From positions 1 to 64,000 of the IMG/VR virus record IMGVR_UViG_3300032046_000014: a stretch of 64,000 nt of DNA. The stretch is one strand, 5' to 3'. The notes beneath the pieces are model-generated. The model saw nothing but the letters and a program-made list of their open reading frames with translations. It was not told the DNA's origin and did not search any database. Every line of letters starts with the position of its first letter. The first letter of the stretch is position 1. This DNA comes from a virus. Made by a program: the position numbers and the translations under genes. Positions 36,998 to 46,463 of the stretch are shown here, piece by piece.

Positions 36998-37084
36998 GTA
37001 GGTGGTTGGCTTCAAGGTGCCGGGTTCTTCCTCTCCTTTCTCCCGGGAATGCGCATAGAAATTTTCCATCGAGCCACCACCTAC
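36998..37084 (+). ncRNA. candidate sRNA hairpin with pyrimidine-rich (anti-SD-like) loop
   Basis: GTAGGTGG.TGGCTT pairs with GAGCCACCACCTAC; TTATATAA about 25 nt upstream. Confidence 0.45.
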
Positions 37085-37225
37085 AAAATCTTAAAATAAT
37101 TAGACGCGCGCGCTAACGCCAAAAGGGACGCAAATATTGCTCTTTTTTAGAAAACTAATGTCCGATATTTAGAAAATTAGAGTAGAGAATTTTTAGGTAA
37201 ACAGGACAAGAGAAGATAGACTTCT

Positions 37226-37507
37226 ATGCGGATCACAGTAACTAATCGAGAAGCAGCGGCTTTCATCAAGCTCAGACAGCTCGGATATCCAGTTCACCTA
37301 ATCGCAAAAGCTTTTGGAAGAAGCACGAGTGTTGTGCAGCGTCGATTCCGTTTCAACGAGTTTATCCATGCAATCCGGAAAGTTGACTTAAGAAAATTGC
37401 CAGCGCGTATTCGCAGGCTCGCAGCAGCCAGACAATGGACAGCGCTCATGAAGTTTTTGCCCGCTTGGGAAAACTGGATTCTGGGCCCTGGAGGAAAGCC
37501 GCCCTAA
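37226..37507 (+). CDS. HTH DNA-binding protein
   Basis: LRQLGYPVHLIAKAFGRSTSVVQR. Confidence 0.75.
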   Translation: MRITVTNREAAAFIKLRQLGYPVHLIAKAFGRSTSVVQRRFRFNEFIHAIRKVDLRKLPARIRRLAAARQWTALMKFLPAWENWILGPGGKPP

Positions 37508-37540
37508 CCTTCACGTCAAACCTTCAGTCTAACGTTTAAT

Positions 37541-37605
37541 GTTAAGGGTAAAGCTTAAAGTATAACCTTAAAGTTTAAGTTTAAAGGATAATCTTAAAGT
37601 AAAAG
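37541..37605. repeat. five degenerate 13-bp tandem repeats (NTTAARGNNNAAN)
   Basis: gttaagggtaaag/cttaaagtataac/cttaaagtttaag/tttaaaggataat/cttaaagtaaaag. Confidence 0.65.
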
Positions 37606-37892
37606 AATCAAGATGCCCGCGCTGCAACACCTCAGAATTTTCTCATAGAAAATCTTTTATCTACATAACGCCAAGGCTTCTCTCAGCACGGCGTGATGAG
37701 CTGCTCCTACAGCAACCCAAAAAGGGAAGCTTGAGAGTAAGACGCTTGCAGAGAACGGGTGATGGAAATCTTGGTAATGCTAACGTTGCCCAAGTGCTGT
37801 AAGGTGCTCACCAGGTCTACACGTGGTCCTTTAGACCAGCATGACGCATGTGACCATAACGGTCACGCGCGCTTGTCAGTCGCACGTGCAAA

Positions 37893-38765
37893 TTGGAGAT
37901 ATCGAGAGTGCCTATACAAACAATCGAAGAACTGAAAGCAAAGTTTCCCAAAGAAGAAGTAAGTCCGTATGGTCCTTGCCTCATTATCCCTGGAACTGAG
38001 TTTGATCCAGACTCGGAAGATCCTCTTGAAGAACAAGGATATAGAATAATCAACATGTCTTTTAAAGGAAAGATGGTTACTCTCGTGAAGCTTACAAAAA
38101 AAGAACAGACCCCAGATGTTCATGAACCGCCTGTGGAAAAAGCCAAAAACGATTCTGTTAAACGTGGACGAGGCCAGAAAATGACAACGGGATTTTGCCG
38201 ATGGACTGCCGATGATCAAGCAAAGTTGCTTCGGCTTTGGGATGAAACGCCAGGTATAGCTGCAGAAAAAACTGCAGCTCTAACGGCTCAGTTTCCAAAC
38301 CGCACCGCAAAAGCTCTTGATCTACAGCATCTTAAGCTCTTGCACAAGACCGGTCAAAAGTCAAAGAAATCGAAACATTGGGCTGAGCTTCCTGTTCCAC
38401 CAATATCCAAACGTGGCTATACTTCTGGTGAAGAAATAGAAAAAAATGAAGTGGATGGCAAAGAAGAAAAGAAAGAAGCTCCAGAGATCATGGACACGAT
38501 CTTAGACAGCGTCAAATCTCTAGCAGAGGCAATAGACAAGCTTGCTGTGTTGATGGCTGAAGACCATCTCCTACATGAAAAATTAAGCTGCCAAGTGATA
38601 ATGCACGGTCTGGAAATCAGCGAAGTTGAAGAAGAATTCCAGATCCCACTATCGCTCAAGTTGCTTCTCAAGAATGCTCTTCTCAGCAATGACGGAATAC
38701 ACTGCGCTGTTTTTAAAGCGAGAACTAATAAGTTTCTTGAAGCTGTCCGTCCAGTGGAAATGTAG
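37893..38765 (+). CDS. hypothetical protein with Myb/SANT-like domain
   Basis: RWTADDQAKLLRLW...FPNRTAKAL. Confidence 0.6.
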   Translation: MEISRVPIQTIEELKAKFPKEEVSPYGPCLIIPGTEFDPDSEDPLEEQGYRIINMSFKGKMVTLVKLTKKEQTPDVHEPPVEKAKNDSVKRGRGQKMTTGFCRWTADDQAKLLRLWDETPGIAAEKTAALTAQFPNRTAKALDLQHLKLLHKTGQKSKKSKHWAELPVPPISKRGYTSGEEIEKNEVDGKEEKKEAPEIMDTILDSVKSLAEAIDKLAVLMAEDHLLHEKLSCQVIMHGLEISEVEEEFQIPLSLKLLLKNALLSNDGIHCAVFKARTNKFLEAVRPVEM

Positions 38766-38779
38766 GGGTGGGGTCTAAC

Positions 38780-38914
38780 ATGGATTGTCCTAGATGTGGA
38801 AGTCTATGGATATCTGACAAGGCTATCGTTATGCGGATAACTAAGAGCATCGCTGCCCAGAAGATTGATGGTCAACGGTATAAATGCTTGAACTGTGGAA
38901 CTGAATTTTCTTGA
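38780..38914 (+). CDS. 44-aa Zn-ribbon protein (not in ORF track)
   Basis: MDCPRCGS...QRYKCLNCGTEFS*. Confidence 0.65.
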   Translation: MDCPRCGSLWISDKAIVMRITKSIAAQKIDGQRYKCLNCGTEFS

Positions 38915-39150
38915 ATCCTAAGACTAAGAAAAAGAAGAAGAAGAAAAAACCCTCGACATACGTCGTGCAACCTCATCATATCACTTATGATCCTGAATGG
39001 GTAGTTCCTATGTTCAAGGGTGAACACTTCAGTATCACGAAGATGCTGAGACGCAAACGGGTCAGTTTCGGTTTTCTCGAGGCGCTGATGGATTTCATCG
39101 AGAAACATAAAGGGCAGGCAGAAGCCCTACAACTGCCGCCTAAGAAATAA
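38911..39150 (+). CDS. small basic protein, degenerate HNH-like
   Basis: HHITYDPE...KGEH. Confidence 0.45.
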   Translation: MNPKTKKKKKKKKPSTYVVQPHHITYDPEWVVPMFKGEHFSITKMLRRKRVSFGFLEALMDFIEKHKGQAEALQLPPKK

Positions 39151-40795
39151 TTACGTTAGGAGCCAGTTTCCAGCGATTGCGATCCGTATGCTTCATGCCA
39201 AGCACATCAGCTTCTACAAGTTCTACGAGAGTTCCAGTCACAGCTTGAGACGTGTTAGGTCCCAATGCCAATTCGTCAAGTCTACTCTGCACTTCATTTA
39301 GGGCTTTCCAAGTCTTAAAGAAATCTTCCTTTACAAGTCGAAGAACTTTGCCCTTCACAGTGTCGCTTGGAACCTTCGGCAATTCCCTCTTGATCTCTTC
39401 CAGTTCAACCACGGTGACAATAGGTTGAAGTCCTAAAGTGGTATGCACCGGTGTATCTACCGATGTAGGTACTGGTGTAGGCGCGAATTCAATGAGAGCC
39501 TTATTTAAAGCATCAAAGGCCGCAACTTTCCTTACAACTTCCTTGGGCAACGGGCGCTCTTCTGTTTCAGCATCTGCTCGCCCTCGAGAATAACCATTCA
39601 AATCAGCTTCAACGACAGCCTTTTGCAATTCATCTTTCGAAACATAGTCCTGCAGAACTTTTCGAAGTTTCTCTTCTACCATCCGATTACTTAGATGTTC
39701 AAGTTGACGAGCGAATTCTTTCTCACATTCTTCACGCTTTCGTTTTTCTTCTTCATACATTTCCTTGTACATTTCATCATTCACTTCCATGTTTGGTTTC
39801 AGATAAGCTTCCTTCACCTGTAATGGTGTCATGATTCCTCGGGCCACGGCCTCCCCGACATTCTCCGGTACACCTGTAGGCAACACGTAAACTTTCTTGA
39901 CCATGTTACCGATGGCCGCGTAGAAATGGCCCAGGGGCAATGTTTGTATTTCTTCAGCAGGCACCTTCACACCCAACAGCTGTTTGAGAATGCGTTCTAT
40001 TTCATGGGCTTCTTTCATACGTCCCATGAGCCAGTTGTCGACCTGCCGCAGCGGAGTCTTGTCGATTCCCCCGATGTCTTGGCTGTCCAGCCATAGATAA
40101 TTGCCCAATGCAGCGCCTTTGCGAATGAACTGCTGTGCAACCCATTTCACCGGCGTCATTCTGCCCTGGGGAATCATTTCCCAAGCTTCAGGAATTATGA
40201 TGATCACATGATCCAGCTTTGCAAAAACATGCTCGATCGTGCTGGCTATCACGAGCTGCTGCGTCTCGAGACGCATGTCCTTTAAGTCCATAACGTTGAC
40301 ACCGTCTTTCAAGTCAAGATTCACGGTGAAGGTCCACTTGGCCAATTCAGGAATTACGATGTCCAGGTACTCGTCGAGACGTTCGTAGACGGCGCGCATG
40401 AACCCGCTTTTCTCAGTCTTTGCCAATTCACGAGATACAAGCTGAATTTCCTTCAGGTCTTTTCGTCCACGACAAACCTTCATGATCGCAGAACGCATGC
40501 CCGGCTCATACTTTACCTTCTCACCAAGGGCCACATTCACAAGACTTTCGACATACTGCCAGTCAGAACGGGGCTTATAATAGGGCATTAAAAAATTGAA
40601 TTTGGTAAAGCCACCTTCACCACGCTTGGTGATGAATGCGATGGCCCTGAGTTTTGAACGACTGATGAATCCTTCTATGCCGGTGGTTTTCCCTGAGAGC
40701 GCGCTCATGCCGAAGATGGCAAGATGATGAAGAGACATGTAGACAGGCAGGCCCGAGCCGATCTCATAGCCGACAAGAACCTGATCAACTGTCAT
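39140..40795 (-). CDS. HerA/FtsK-like P-loop ATPase with coiled coil and C-terminal wHTH
   Basis: HLAIFGMSALSGKTT, IIIIPEAW, IRKGAALG, DSQ. Confidence 0.7.
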   Translation of the reverse strand: MTVDQVLVGYEIGSGLPVYMSLHHLAIFGMSALSGKTTGIEGFISRSKLRAIAFITKRGEGGFTKFNFLMPYYKPRSDWQYVESLVNVALGEKVKYEPGMRSAIMKVCRGRKDLKEIQLVSRELAKTEKSGFMRAVYERLDEYLDIVIPELAKWTFTVNLDLKDGVNVMDLKDMRLETQQLVIASTIEHVFAKLDHVIIIIPEAWEMIPQGRMTPVKWVAQQFIRKGAALGNYLWLDSQDIGGIDKTPLRQVDNWLMGRMKEAHEIERILKQLLGVKVPAEEIQTLPLGHFYAAIGNMVKKVYVLPTGVPENVGEAVARGIMTPLQVKEAYLKPNMEVNDEMYKEMYEEEKRKREECEKEFARQLEHLSNRMVEEKLRKVLQDYVSKDELQKAVVEADLNGYSRGRADAETEERPLPKEVVRKVAAFDALNKALIEFAPTPVPTSVDTPVHTTLGLQPIVTVVELEEIKRELPKVPSDTVKGKVLRLVKEDFFKTWKALNEVQSRLDELALGPNTSQAVTGTLVELVEADVLGMKHTDRNRWKLAPNVIIS

Positions 40796-41073
40796 TCAGT
40801 TTCCTCTTCTTCTTCTCTTTTCTTGCGGTAATGCTTTTTAAATGCAATCTGTATTCTGTCTCCACAGACGATGCCATAAAGTTCCCAGAGATCTTTGGGC
40901 AAGAACAAACACATGCCTGTGCCTCGAGCAGAAACTGGCAATGTAACAACTTCATCAAGCTTCGCAAGAAGATCCCATTCACTTGTACTGAATCTTCGTT
41001 CGAATGGTGGGGCTTTCTTCCTTTTTCTAAATCCTCCCCGAAGTTCCCCTCGAACTTCCATGTCTTTTGCCAT
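40792..41073 (-). CDS. AbrB/SpoVT-like protein
   Basis: LFLPKDLWELYGIVCGDRIQI. Confidence 0.6.
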   Translation of the reverse strand: MAKDMEVRGELRGGFRKRKKAPPFERRFSTSEWDLLAKLDEVVTLPVSARGTGMCLFLPKDLWELYGIVCGDRIQIAFKKHYRKKREEEEETE

Positions 41074-41284
41074 TACATTTCACAACCATAATCCCGATTA
41101 ATAATCATATCTTCAACAACTGATGATGCTATTAATTAGACTAGAATATACACTGAACGAAGTTTCACATCGCACATCTACACTAACCATTGAAAAGACT
41201 CCATTCATGTCGTCCTCAGCATGTTCTCTGTCTGACAATACATAAAAATCTTACGTAGTATTGAACAATGCTACACTAATCGGG

Positions 41285-41593
41285 TCAAACTGGTCTGCCC
41301 CTTAACCATTTTTGATTAGTGCTCAAAGTAACAGCGTACCCAGCCAAGATAACAGTACCCTCACGCAGACAAGCTGACTTCAAATCCAAATCGTCTGAAG
41401 AACTTTTCCATACGGAGCCATCATCGTTTCTATGCCAATGTTTCGTCCGTCCTTCACATACCTGCAGGTGTAGCTGATAATCGTAACTGCTCATCAAAAA
41501 ACAGGGACAGTAATGGCATTTTCTGCCCCATCCAAGATAGAATATTGTGCCTTCAGGCGCATCATCATGATGAATGACAGATGAAAAACTCAA
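41285..41593 (-). CDS. C2H2-like Zn-finger protein
   Basis: KCHYCPC....DYQLHLQVC. Confidence 0.5.
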   Translation of the reverse strand: MSFSSVIHHDDAPEGTIFYLGWGRKCHYCPCFLMSSYDYQLHLQVCEGRTKHWHRNDDGSVWKSSSDDLDLKSACLREGTVILAGYAVTLSTNQKWLRGRPV

Positions 41594-41847
41594 GCGGGTA
41601 TCGCCGTAGCCTTTTTTGCTGCGAAGTCAGCTTTTTCTTGTGCTAGTTGGGCCATTGTTTGGTATGCTTTTGCTTGTCCCGAGTAGTAGCCTGCGCTTAC
41701 GAAGCCCATGCCAGAGAGAAGCATTAGAAAAATCGTGTAGATATCACTCCATGGAGCAACGTGAGCAAGAGCCAGCTCAACACATGCGGCGATAATCGCT
41801 ATTGCTGTGACGGCCATAAGTATTCTATCGATTGGAATATCTGCCAA
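41590..41847 (-). CDS. 2-TM membrane protein (holin-like candidate)
   Basis: GGAGGTGA RBS; two TM helices. Confidence 0.6.
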   Translation of the reverse strand: MADIPIDRILMAVTAIAIIAACVELALAHVAPWSDIYTIFLMLLSGMGFVSAGYYSGQAKAYQTMAQLAQEKADFAAKKATAIPA

Positions 41848-41879
41848 AACATTTTCACCTCCTCCAATACAGCAAACTG

Positions 41880-42887
41880 TTACCAGATGATTTCAAGGTT
41901 TGCGTCTGTTTCTATGAAGTCGTAGTGGCAGAAGATCGTGTGGGTGTCGCTGCCTGCGAATAGGAGCCCCGCGAATTTCTTGTCCGTTTGGGTGATGATG
42001 GCGCTGCTGCTGTCGCCGCCTGCGCTGAATCCTGTTTTCTGGATGAGGCCACAGGGGCCGAATATGGCTGCTCCGCTTGAATAGCCAACTTCACCGTACC
42101 AAGCGTCGTCGATGAGCAGGCCGTCAGTTGTAAAACAAGTTGTGCGACCGGACTTCATTACCATCTCGCCAACTTTGCCCCGGCGTTTGCCCGTGATTGC
42201 ACCTATGCCAATGATCTCGAGAAGGATATCCGATGGATCGACTGAGACGACACCGACGTCCACGCGGTTAAGCGGCTTCTTCGTGCCGAACAAGCATCTG
42301 CGTGCAAACTTTATAGGCACAAATCTTTTAAGAATGCCCAGAAAACTTGGCAAGCCATCGTATGGTGAAGGTTGCATGTAAGAGGCTCCGAAGGGCAATC
42401 GGTTTTCATTGGCAGTACAGTGATTGTTAGCTATGATTACAAGTTTGCCGTCTACTTTGTCTTTGGCAAACCAGCCGAGCGTACATGCAGTGCCTCCATT
42501 ATAGATTGCTGAGCAGCCGGCGGATGCTGGCCGTTGCTTGGCCTTCTTAGCCGCTTCCAGTGCCATCTTACCAGGGTCTCCCTCTTCTTTCTTAATTCGA
42601 CCTTGTGAATCAAGCTTAACAGGTTTTGGCCATGGTGGTGCTGTTGGGCGATGCATCTCCACAACATCAGTCTCCACACTTTCTTGGTCATTCAGTTTGA
42701 GGGATAGCGGAATCAGCTGCTTTGGTTTCAGTTTCTGAGTGTCTATCTTTTGAATTACATAGACTCTGAAGACTCGTGTTCCTGGAACTTCTTTTCCGTC
42801 CTGTATTCTCGGTCGCAGTTCACCGCTGTAGCCGATGACGTTGGGTAGATGCTGAACTTGTTTCCAGAGTTTCGTCATATCGGTCAT
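41880..42887 (-). CDS. trypsin-like (S1, Nal1-like) serine protease
   Basis: TLG...ANNHC...VD...KSGRTT...SAGGDSSS catalytic triad. Confidence 0.8.
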   Translation of the reverse strand: MTDMTKLWKQVQHLPNVIGYSGELRPRIQDGKEVPGTRVFRVYVIQKIDTQKLKPKQLIPLSLKLNDQESVETDVVEMHRPTAPPWPKPVKLDSQGRIKKEEGDPGKMALEAAKKAKQRPASAGCSAIYNGGTACTLGWFAKDKVDGKLVIIANNHCTANENRLPFGASYMQPSPYDGLPSFLGILKRFVPIKFARRCLFGTKKPLNRVDVGVVSVDPSDILLEIIGIGAITGKRRGKVGEMVMKSGRTTCFTTDGLLIDDAWYGEVGYSSGAAIFGPCGLIQKTGFSAGGDSSSAIITQTDKKFAGLLFAGSDTHTIFCHYDFIETDANLEIIW

Positions 42888-42932
42888 GTTTTGATTCTTC
42901 CTTTCAGCCTAAAAGTTTTCTCATTTAGCACT

Positions 42933-43136
42933 TTATTCATTGACTTCCCTAGCGAGAATTCTTGGAGTTTCAGGCAGAAAATGGTACGTGAAATCATTGC
43001 CATCAATCGTTAGTCTCCAGCGAGTTCGCCGTTTGATCTCTCTTTCCTTGGCCGGTTTCTTCGGGACCAGAATGTAGAGACTGGCGTTGATTTCTTTTGT
43101 GTCGCCTACTGCCACTGTTTTTCCATTATTACTCAT
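42933..43136 (-). CDS. AbrB-like small DNA-binding protein
   Basis: SLYILVPKKPAKEREIK. Confidence 0.55.
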   Translation of the reverse strand: MSNNGKTVAVGDTKEINASLYILVPKKPAKEREIKRRTRWRLTIDGNDFTYHFLPETPRILAREVNE

Positions 43137-43218
43137 GAGCTTTCACCGAAATCTCAATACAAAACACGTATATATCTTTTGGCAGAACGCGCGCGGCACG
43201 CTAAAAATAAAGAGAAAA

Positions 43219-44175
43219 TTAGCCGCCTGTCCGACTTTTCAGGGCTGCCCAAGCGCGACTGTTGCTACTGGGAGTCTTGTTCTTTGCTTGAACTCTGACT
43301 TTTTCAAATTCTCCGGTGAATGATGCTATGGTGCCCATGTTGTCAGGGTCGCTGACTGTGATATCAACGTCGACCTGGTTCGGTATCCCTACCCATACGT
43401 TCGGACGGTCTCTGGTGGCTGCTTGGATTCTGTAGGTTATGTCGTTAGGGGCTCCTGCAGCAATTGCTATGCTGTGACTGAAATAGCCAATCACATCCTG
43501 CTCCATGATCGTCGCGTAATTGTCAGTTGTTGGACGTGATGCTGGGCTACATGACTTCTGGATGACGAAGTTGTTGATGCGCTCCACCGTGTACGTCGGT
43601 GCTGTGATCCAAAAGCTACATGAAAGATTCGCATTTTGGGTGATGCCAAATTTGCAGCTGAGATTTGCAAATCGGGCAACTCCGAATTTAATGCTTAAAT
43701 TCTTAGAGCTGCTCTTCCGAACAGTGATGCTTGAGCTCAGTGCTTTGGTTGCCGATTTTCGAATGGTGAGGCTTGAAGATAGGGCCTTAGTGCCTGCTCC
43801 TCGAACAGTAATATTCGAATGCAACGGTGTACTGGCTGACCTTTGGATCGTAAAACTGGATGAAAGGATTTTTGAGCTCCTCTTCTGAATGGTGATGCTG
43901 GAAGAAAGGGACTTGATCCCTTGGCTTGTGAAGCTACATGAAAGATCTGCTGAATCAGCATTTCTGATGGTGATACTATTGCTGAGAGCTTTCATGGATG
44001 TTTTCCGAAGTGTGATGCTTGAAGAAAGAGATATGACTGCTTGGCTTGTGAAGCTGCTTGAAACATTTGCTGAACCAATATTCCGAACGGTAATGCTGCT
44101 GCTCAGGTTTTTCAGAGAAGCTTTCCGTATTGTGAAACTGATGGATTCTCCGTCTACAGAGTCATATTCTACCAT
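43219..44175 (-). CDS. third 14-aa repeat protein with a globular C-terminal domain
   Basis: about 13 LSSSITIRK-type units; located in capsid operon. Confidence 0.75.
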   Translation of the reverse strand: MVEYDSVDGESISFTIRKASLKNLSSSITVRNIGSANVSSSFTSQAVISLSSSITLRKTSMKALSNSITIRNADSADLSCSFTSQGIKSLSSSITIQKRSSKILSSSFTIQRSASTPLHSNITVRGAGTKALSSSLTIRKSATKALSSSITVRKSSSKNLSIKFGVARFANLSCKFGITQNANLSCSFWITAPTYTVERINNFVIQKSCSPASRPTTDNYATIMEQDVIGYFSHSIAIAAGAPNDITYRIQAATRDRPNVWVGIPNQVDVDITVSDPDNMGTIASFTGEFEKVRVQAKNKTPSSNSRAWAALKSRTGG

Positions 44176-44256
44176 TTGTTCAGCCTCGATTTTTCCATAG
44201 CTCGGAATGTCTGCCCGAAAAAAACTTGGGAAAGGTAGTGACCTCTAATTGGAACA

Positions 44257-44511
44257 CTAATCCTTTGGCTTTTCAGGCCAAACAGGTCTATCATTCACTA
44301 CCTTAAAGGGTACATCGCTTTGTGGTTGGACTGGAGAATTGCCGTAACACAGCACGACTGCGCCGGGCGGTAGCATCGGATTTTTGGCTGGTTCGATTCC
44401 TGGTTCGCCGAAAGCTTTCCGTTCGCCTTTGGGCAATGGTTTCATGCCGATTGTTTTGGTCGGATTTCCGAAGAACAGTCTCTTCATGTTTGATTCTGCC
44501 ATGTTATTCAC
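44257..44511 (-). CDS. hypothetical protein
   Basis: ORF in capsid operon. Confidence 0.5.
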   Translation of the reverse strand: MNNMAESNMKRLFFGNPTKTIGMKPLPKGERKAFGEPGIEPAKNPMLPPGAVVLCYGNSPVQPQSDVPFKVVNDRPVWPEKPKD

Positions 44512-44842
44512 CGACCACTACGAATGGGATTTCAAGCGCGCTGACATCAACTTTGTCTGAAACTTGAGAGTTAACGTCCGAGTACATCTTCAGCTTTTTG
44601 TTTGCATGATCATACAGATTGTAGTAGGTTCCTGTGTTGTCTAGTTGGCAGATGAGTCGATAGTTTTCCAGCGGAAAATATTTTGTGAGTGCTGCTAGGT
44701 TGCAGAGGATACCGCCTGTCTTGTAGTATTTCGGTTTGAATATTCCTCGGATGAGCGTTTGTGATCGTCCGGTGGTTCGCTCTGTGATTTCACATTCGAA
44801 CGCTGCATCGTCTAGGGTGGTGACTGGTATGCCGCCTGCCAC
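44504..44842 (-). CDS. capsid decoration-like protein, paralog 2
   Basis: similar to 44890..45237 (TLD, IRG, LCNLA, YDH.NKKLK, VGE). Confidence 0.65.
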   Translation of the reverse strand: MAGGIPVTTLDDAAFECEITERTTGRSQTLIRGIFKPKYYKTGGILCNLAALTKYFPLENYRLICQLDNTGTYYNLYDHANKKLKMYSDVNSQVSDKVDVSALEIPFVVVGE

Positions 44843-44889
44843 TGAAAATGAGCTGCTTATGGCTTTTGATGCGTCAGTCGCCGTTTAAG

Positions 44890-45237
44890 TCACTCTCCGA
44901 CAGCTATGAAGCCGAAGATTCCGTTCACAGACTGGTCGCCGGTTGCTTCCGCACCTAATCCAGTGTAGACTTTGAGTTTCTTGTTCGTGTGATCGTAGAC
45001 GCCAAGTCGGTTGCCCGTGTTGGACAACGGGTTCAGGATAACGCGGTACTTGACGGTTTGGTCAAAGCCGGAGCGTGGAAAATAGTTGGCAAGATTGCAA
45101 AGATCGCCGTTGCTTGCATATGAAGCTGAAGCTTTGATGGTGCCTCTGATGATCCTTTGGCCTCTCTGTTGGGCTCTTCCACCGGATACTTCTGATACGA
45201 AAGCAGTTGTATCCAGTGTTACCATGCAAGTTCCCAT
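44890..45237 (-). CDS. capsid decoration-like protein, paralog 1
   Basis: directly after major capsid gene. Confidence 0.65.
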   Translation of the reverse strand: MGTCMVTLDTTAFVSEVSGGRAQQRGQRIIRGTIKASASYASNGDLCNLANYFPRSGFDQTVKYRVILNPLSNTGNRLGVYDHTNKKLKVYTGLGAEATGDQSVNGIFGFIAVGE

Positions 45238-45246
45238 GCTAATCGA

Positions 45247-46461
45247 CTACTCCTTCAAGTCTCTTATTTTGCCTTGGACATTGAAACGAGTGCAGATTAT
45301 GTCTCCCATGGTCCTGTACAGGCCCTTGTCTCCGATGAAGTTGATTGCGAATGGGTTGCCGGTGCTGATGCCTGCCTCGAAGTATTGTGTTGGTTTTGCG
45401 ACTTTGAAGAGCAAGTAGTCTGTGTCTAGGAAGTAGAGTCTGCTGAGTCCAGCTGGCGTTGCGCTTGGTTGGTCTTGCAGGTTGTTCTTGGTCGGAAGTA
45501 TGGGTACTCCGTTGTAGGTTGCAACGATGAATCCGGCTGCGATGCCTTCAATTCCTCTGACTCCGCCGTAGGTTGGGACAACAGTCTTGTATTCGACGAA
45601 TCTCTGTTGCGCCTGGAGCAGTCTCTGGACTGCTTTGAGTGTGTCGTATCCGGTTTGGATTATCTTGGGGGTTCCGCCTGCCTTCCAGATCTGTCGGAAT
45701 ATATCGTCCAAAAGGTCTAGTGTGAGGCTTCTCAGGCTGCCTTTGGTTGCGTGGTAGCTGATGATGGCGTCTGCCCAGCTGTAGTTTGTGGCGTCTGACC
45801 TGTCTATTGTGGTTCCGTTCACGTACACGTCGTTGCTGACTACGTCTGGTGTGGTGGAGCCATCGGCCATGAAGCAGGTTCCATCTGATTCAACTTTTGC
45901 TGAAACAAGTCTGTCAATTGTTTGGATGTCATTGCCTTCTTGGACTGCTGTAGAGGCAACTCCTTCAGCGTTGAGCATGATGTTGATGTGTTCTGCGTGG
46001 TGCAGGCCCATGTATTCTCTCATCTGGCGCATGACATCGCCGAGTGAGTCGTCGATTCCACCCAAGTATTGTATCATTTCAGCTACGTTGAACGTGTGGC
46101 CCACGATTTTTGGTTTGCTGTAGAGCTGTTTCCATGTTGGCTTTGTCGTGTCTGGCAATGCAGATCCTTCAGCAAGCCCGCCTGGAGCTACTGTGTATGA
46201 CCCAACGGGTGGCACTGGAGCTCTTGCGGTTAGGACACGGAAGCCACTGTGGTCCCATACTGCTTTGGGCAGAAAAGCAAAAGTGTTGGCTTCAAGGTTG
46301 AGTTGTGACCATACTTTAGCGCCGTAGATTGGATTATAGATTCCGCCTTGCGTGGTTAGGATTGGTGCGTCTGCCTTCATTACGTCGGCTACGCCGAGAC
46401 CGTAGTAGTATCGTTCCATATCTTCGAGGGTTTTGATTTCAAATATGCTTCTTCCTGACAT
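45247..46461 (-). CDS. major capsid protein (HK97 fold)
   Basis: follows protease; YGAKVWSQLNLE, GG.AEG..LP, YNGVPI, LYFLDTDY, QGKIRDL. Confidence 0.85.
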   Translation of the reverse strand: MSGRSIFEIKTLEDMERYYYGLGVADVMKADAPILTTQGGIYNPIYGAKVWSQLNLEANTFAFLPKAVWDHSGFRVLTARAPVPPVGSYTVAPGGLAEGSALPDTTKPTWKQLYSKPKIVGHTFNVAEMIQYLGGIDDSLGDVMRQMREYMGLHHAEHINIMLNAEGVASTAVQEGNDIQTIDRLVSAKVESDGTCFMADGSTTPDVVSNDVYVNGTTIDRSDATNYSWADAIISYHATKGSLRSLTLDLLDDIFRQIWKAGGTPKIIQTGYDTLKAVQRLLQAQQRFVEYKTVVPTYGGVRGIEGIAAGFIVATYNGVPILPTKNNLQDQPSATPAGLSRLYFLDTDYLLFKVAKPTQYFEAGISTGNPFAINFIGDKGLYRTMGDIICTRFNVQGKIRDLKE

Positions 46462-46463
46462 GC

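Noticed and set aside
37693-37770. Hammerhead ribozyme (TGATGAG...GAAA)
   Set aside because: The core reads GTGATGAG rather than CTGATGAG, and the stems do not close correctly.
37572-37802. Open frame containing CPRC (Zn-ribbon-like)
   Set aside because: No upstream start codon and no second Cys pair.
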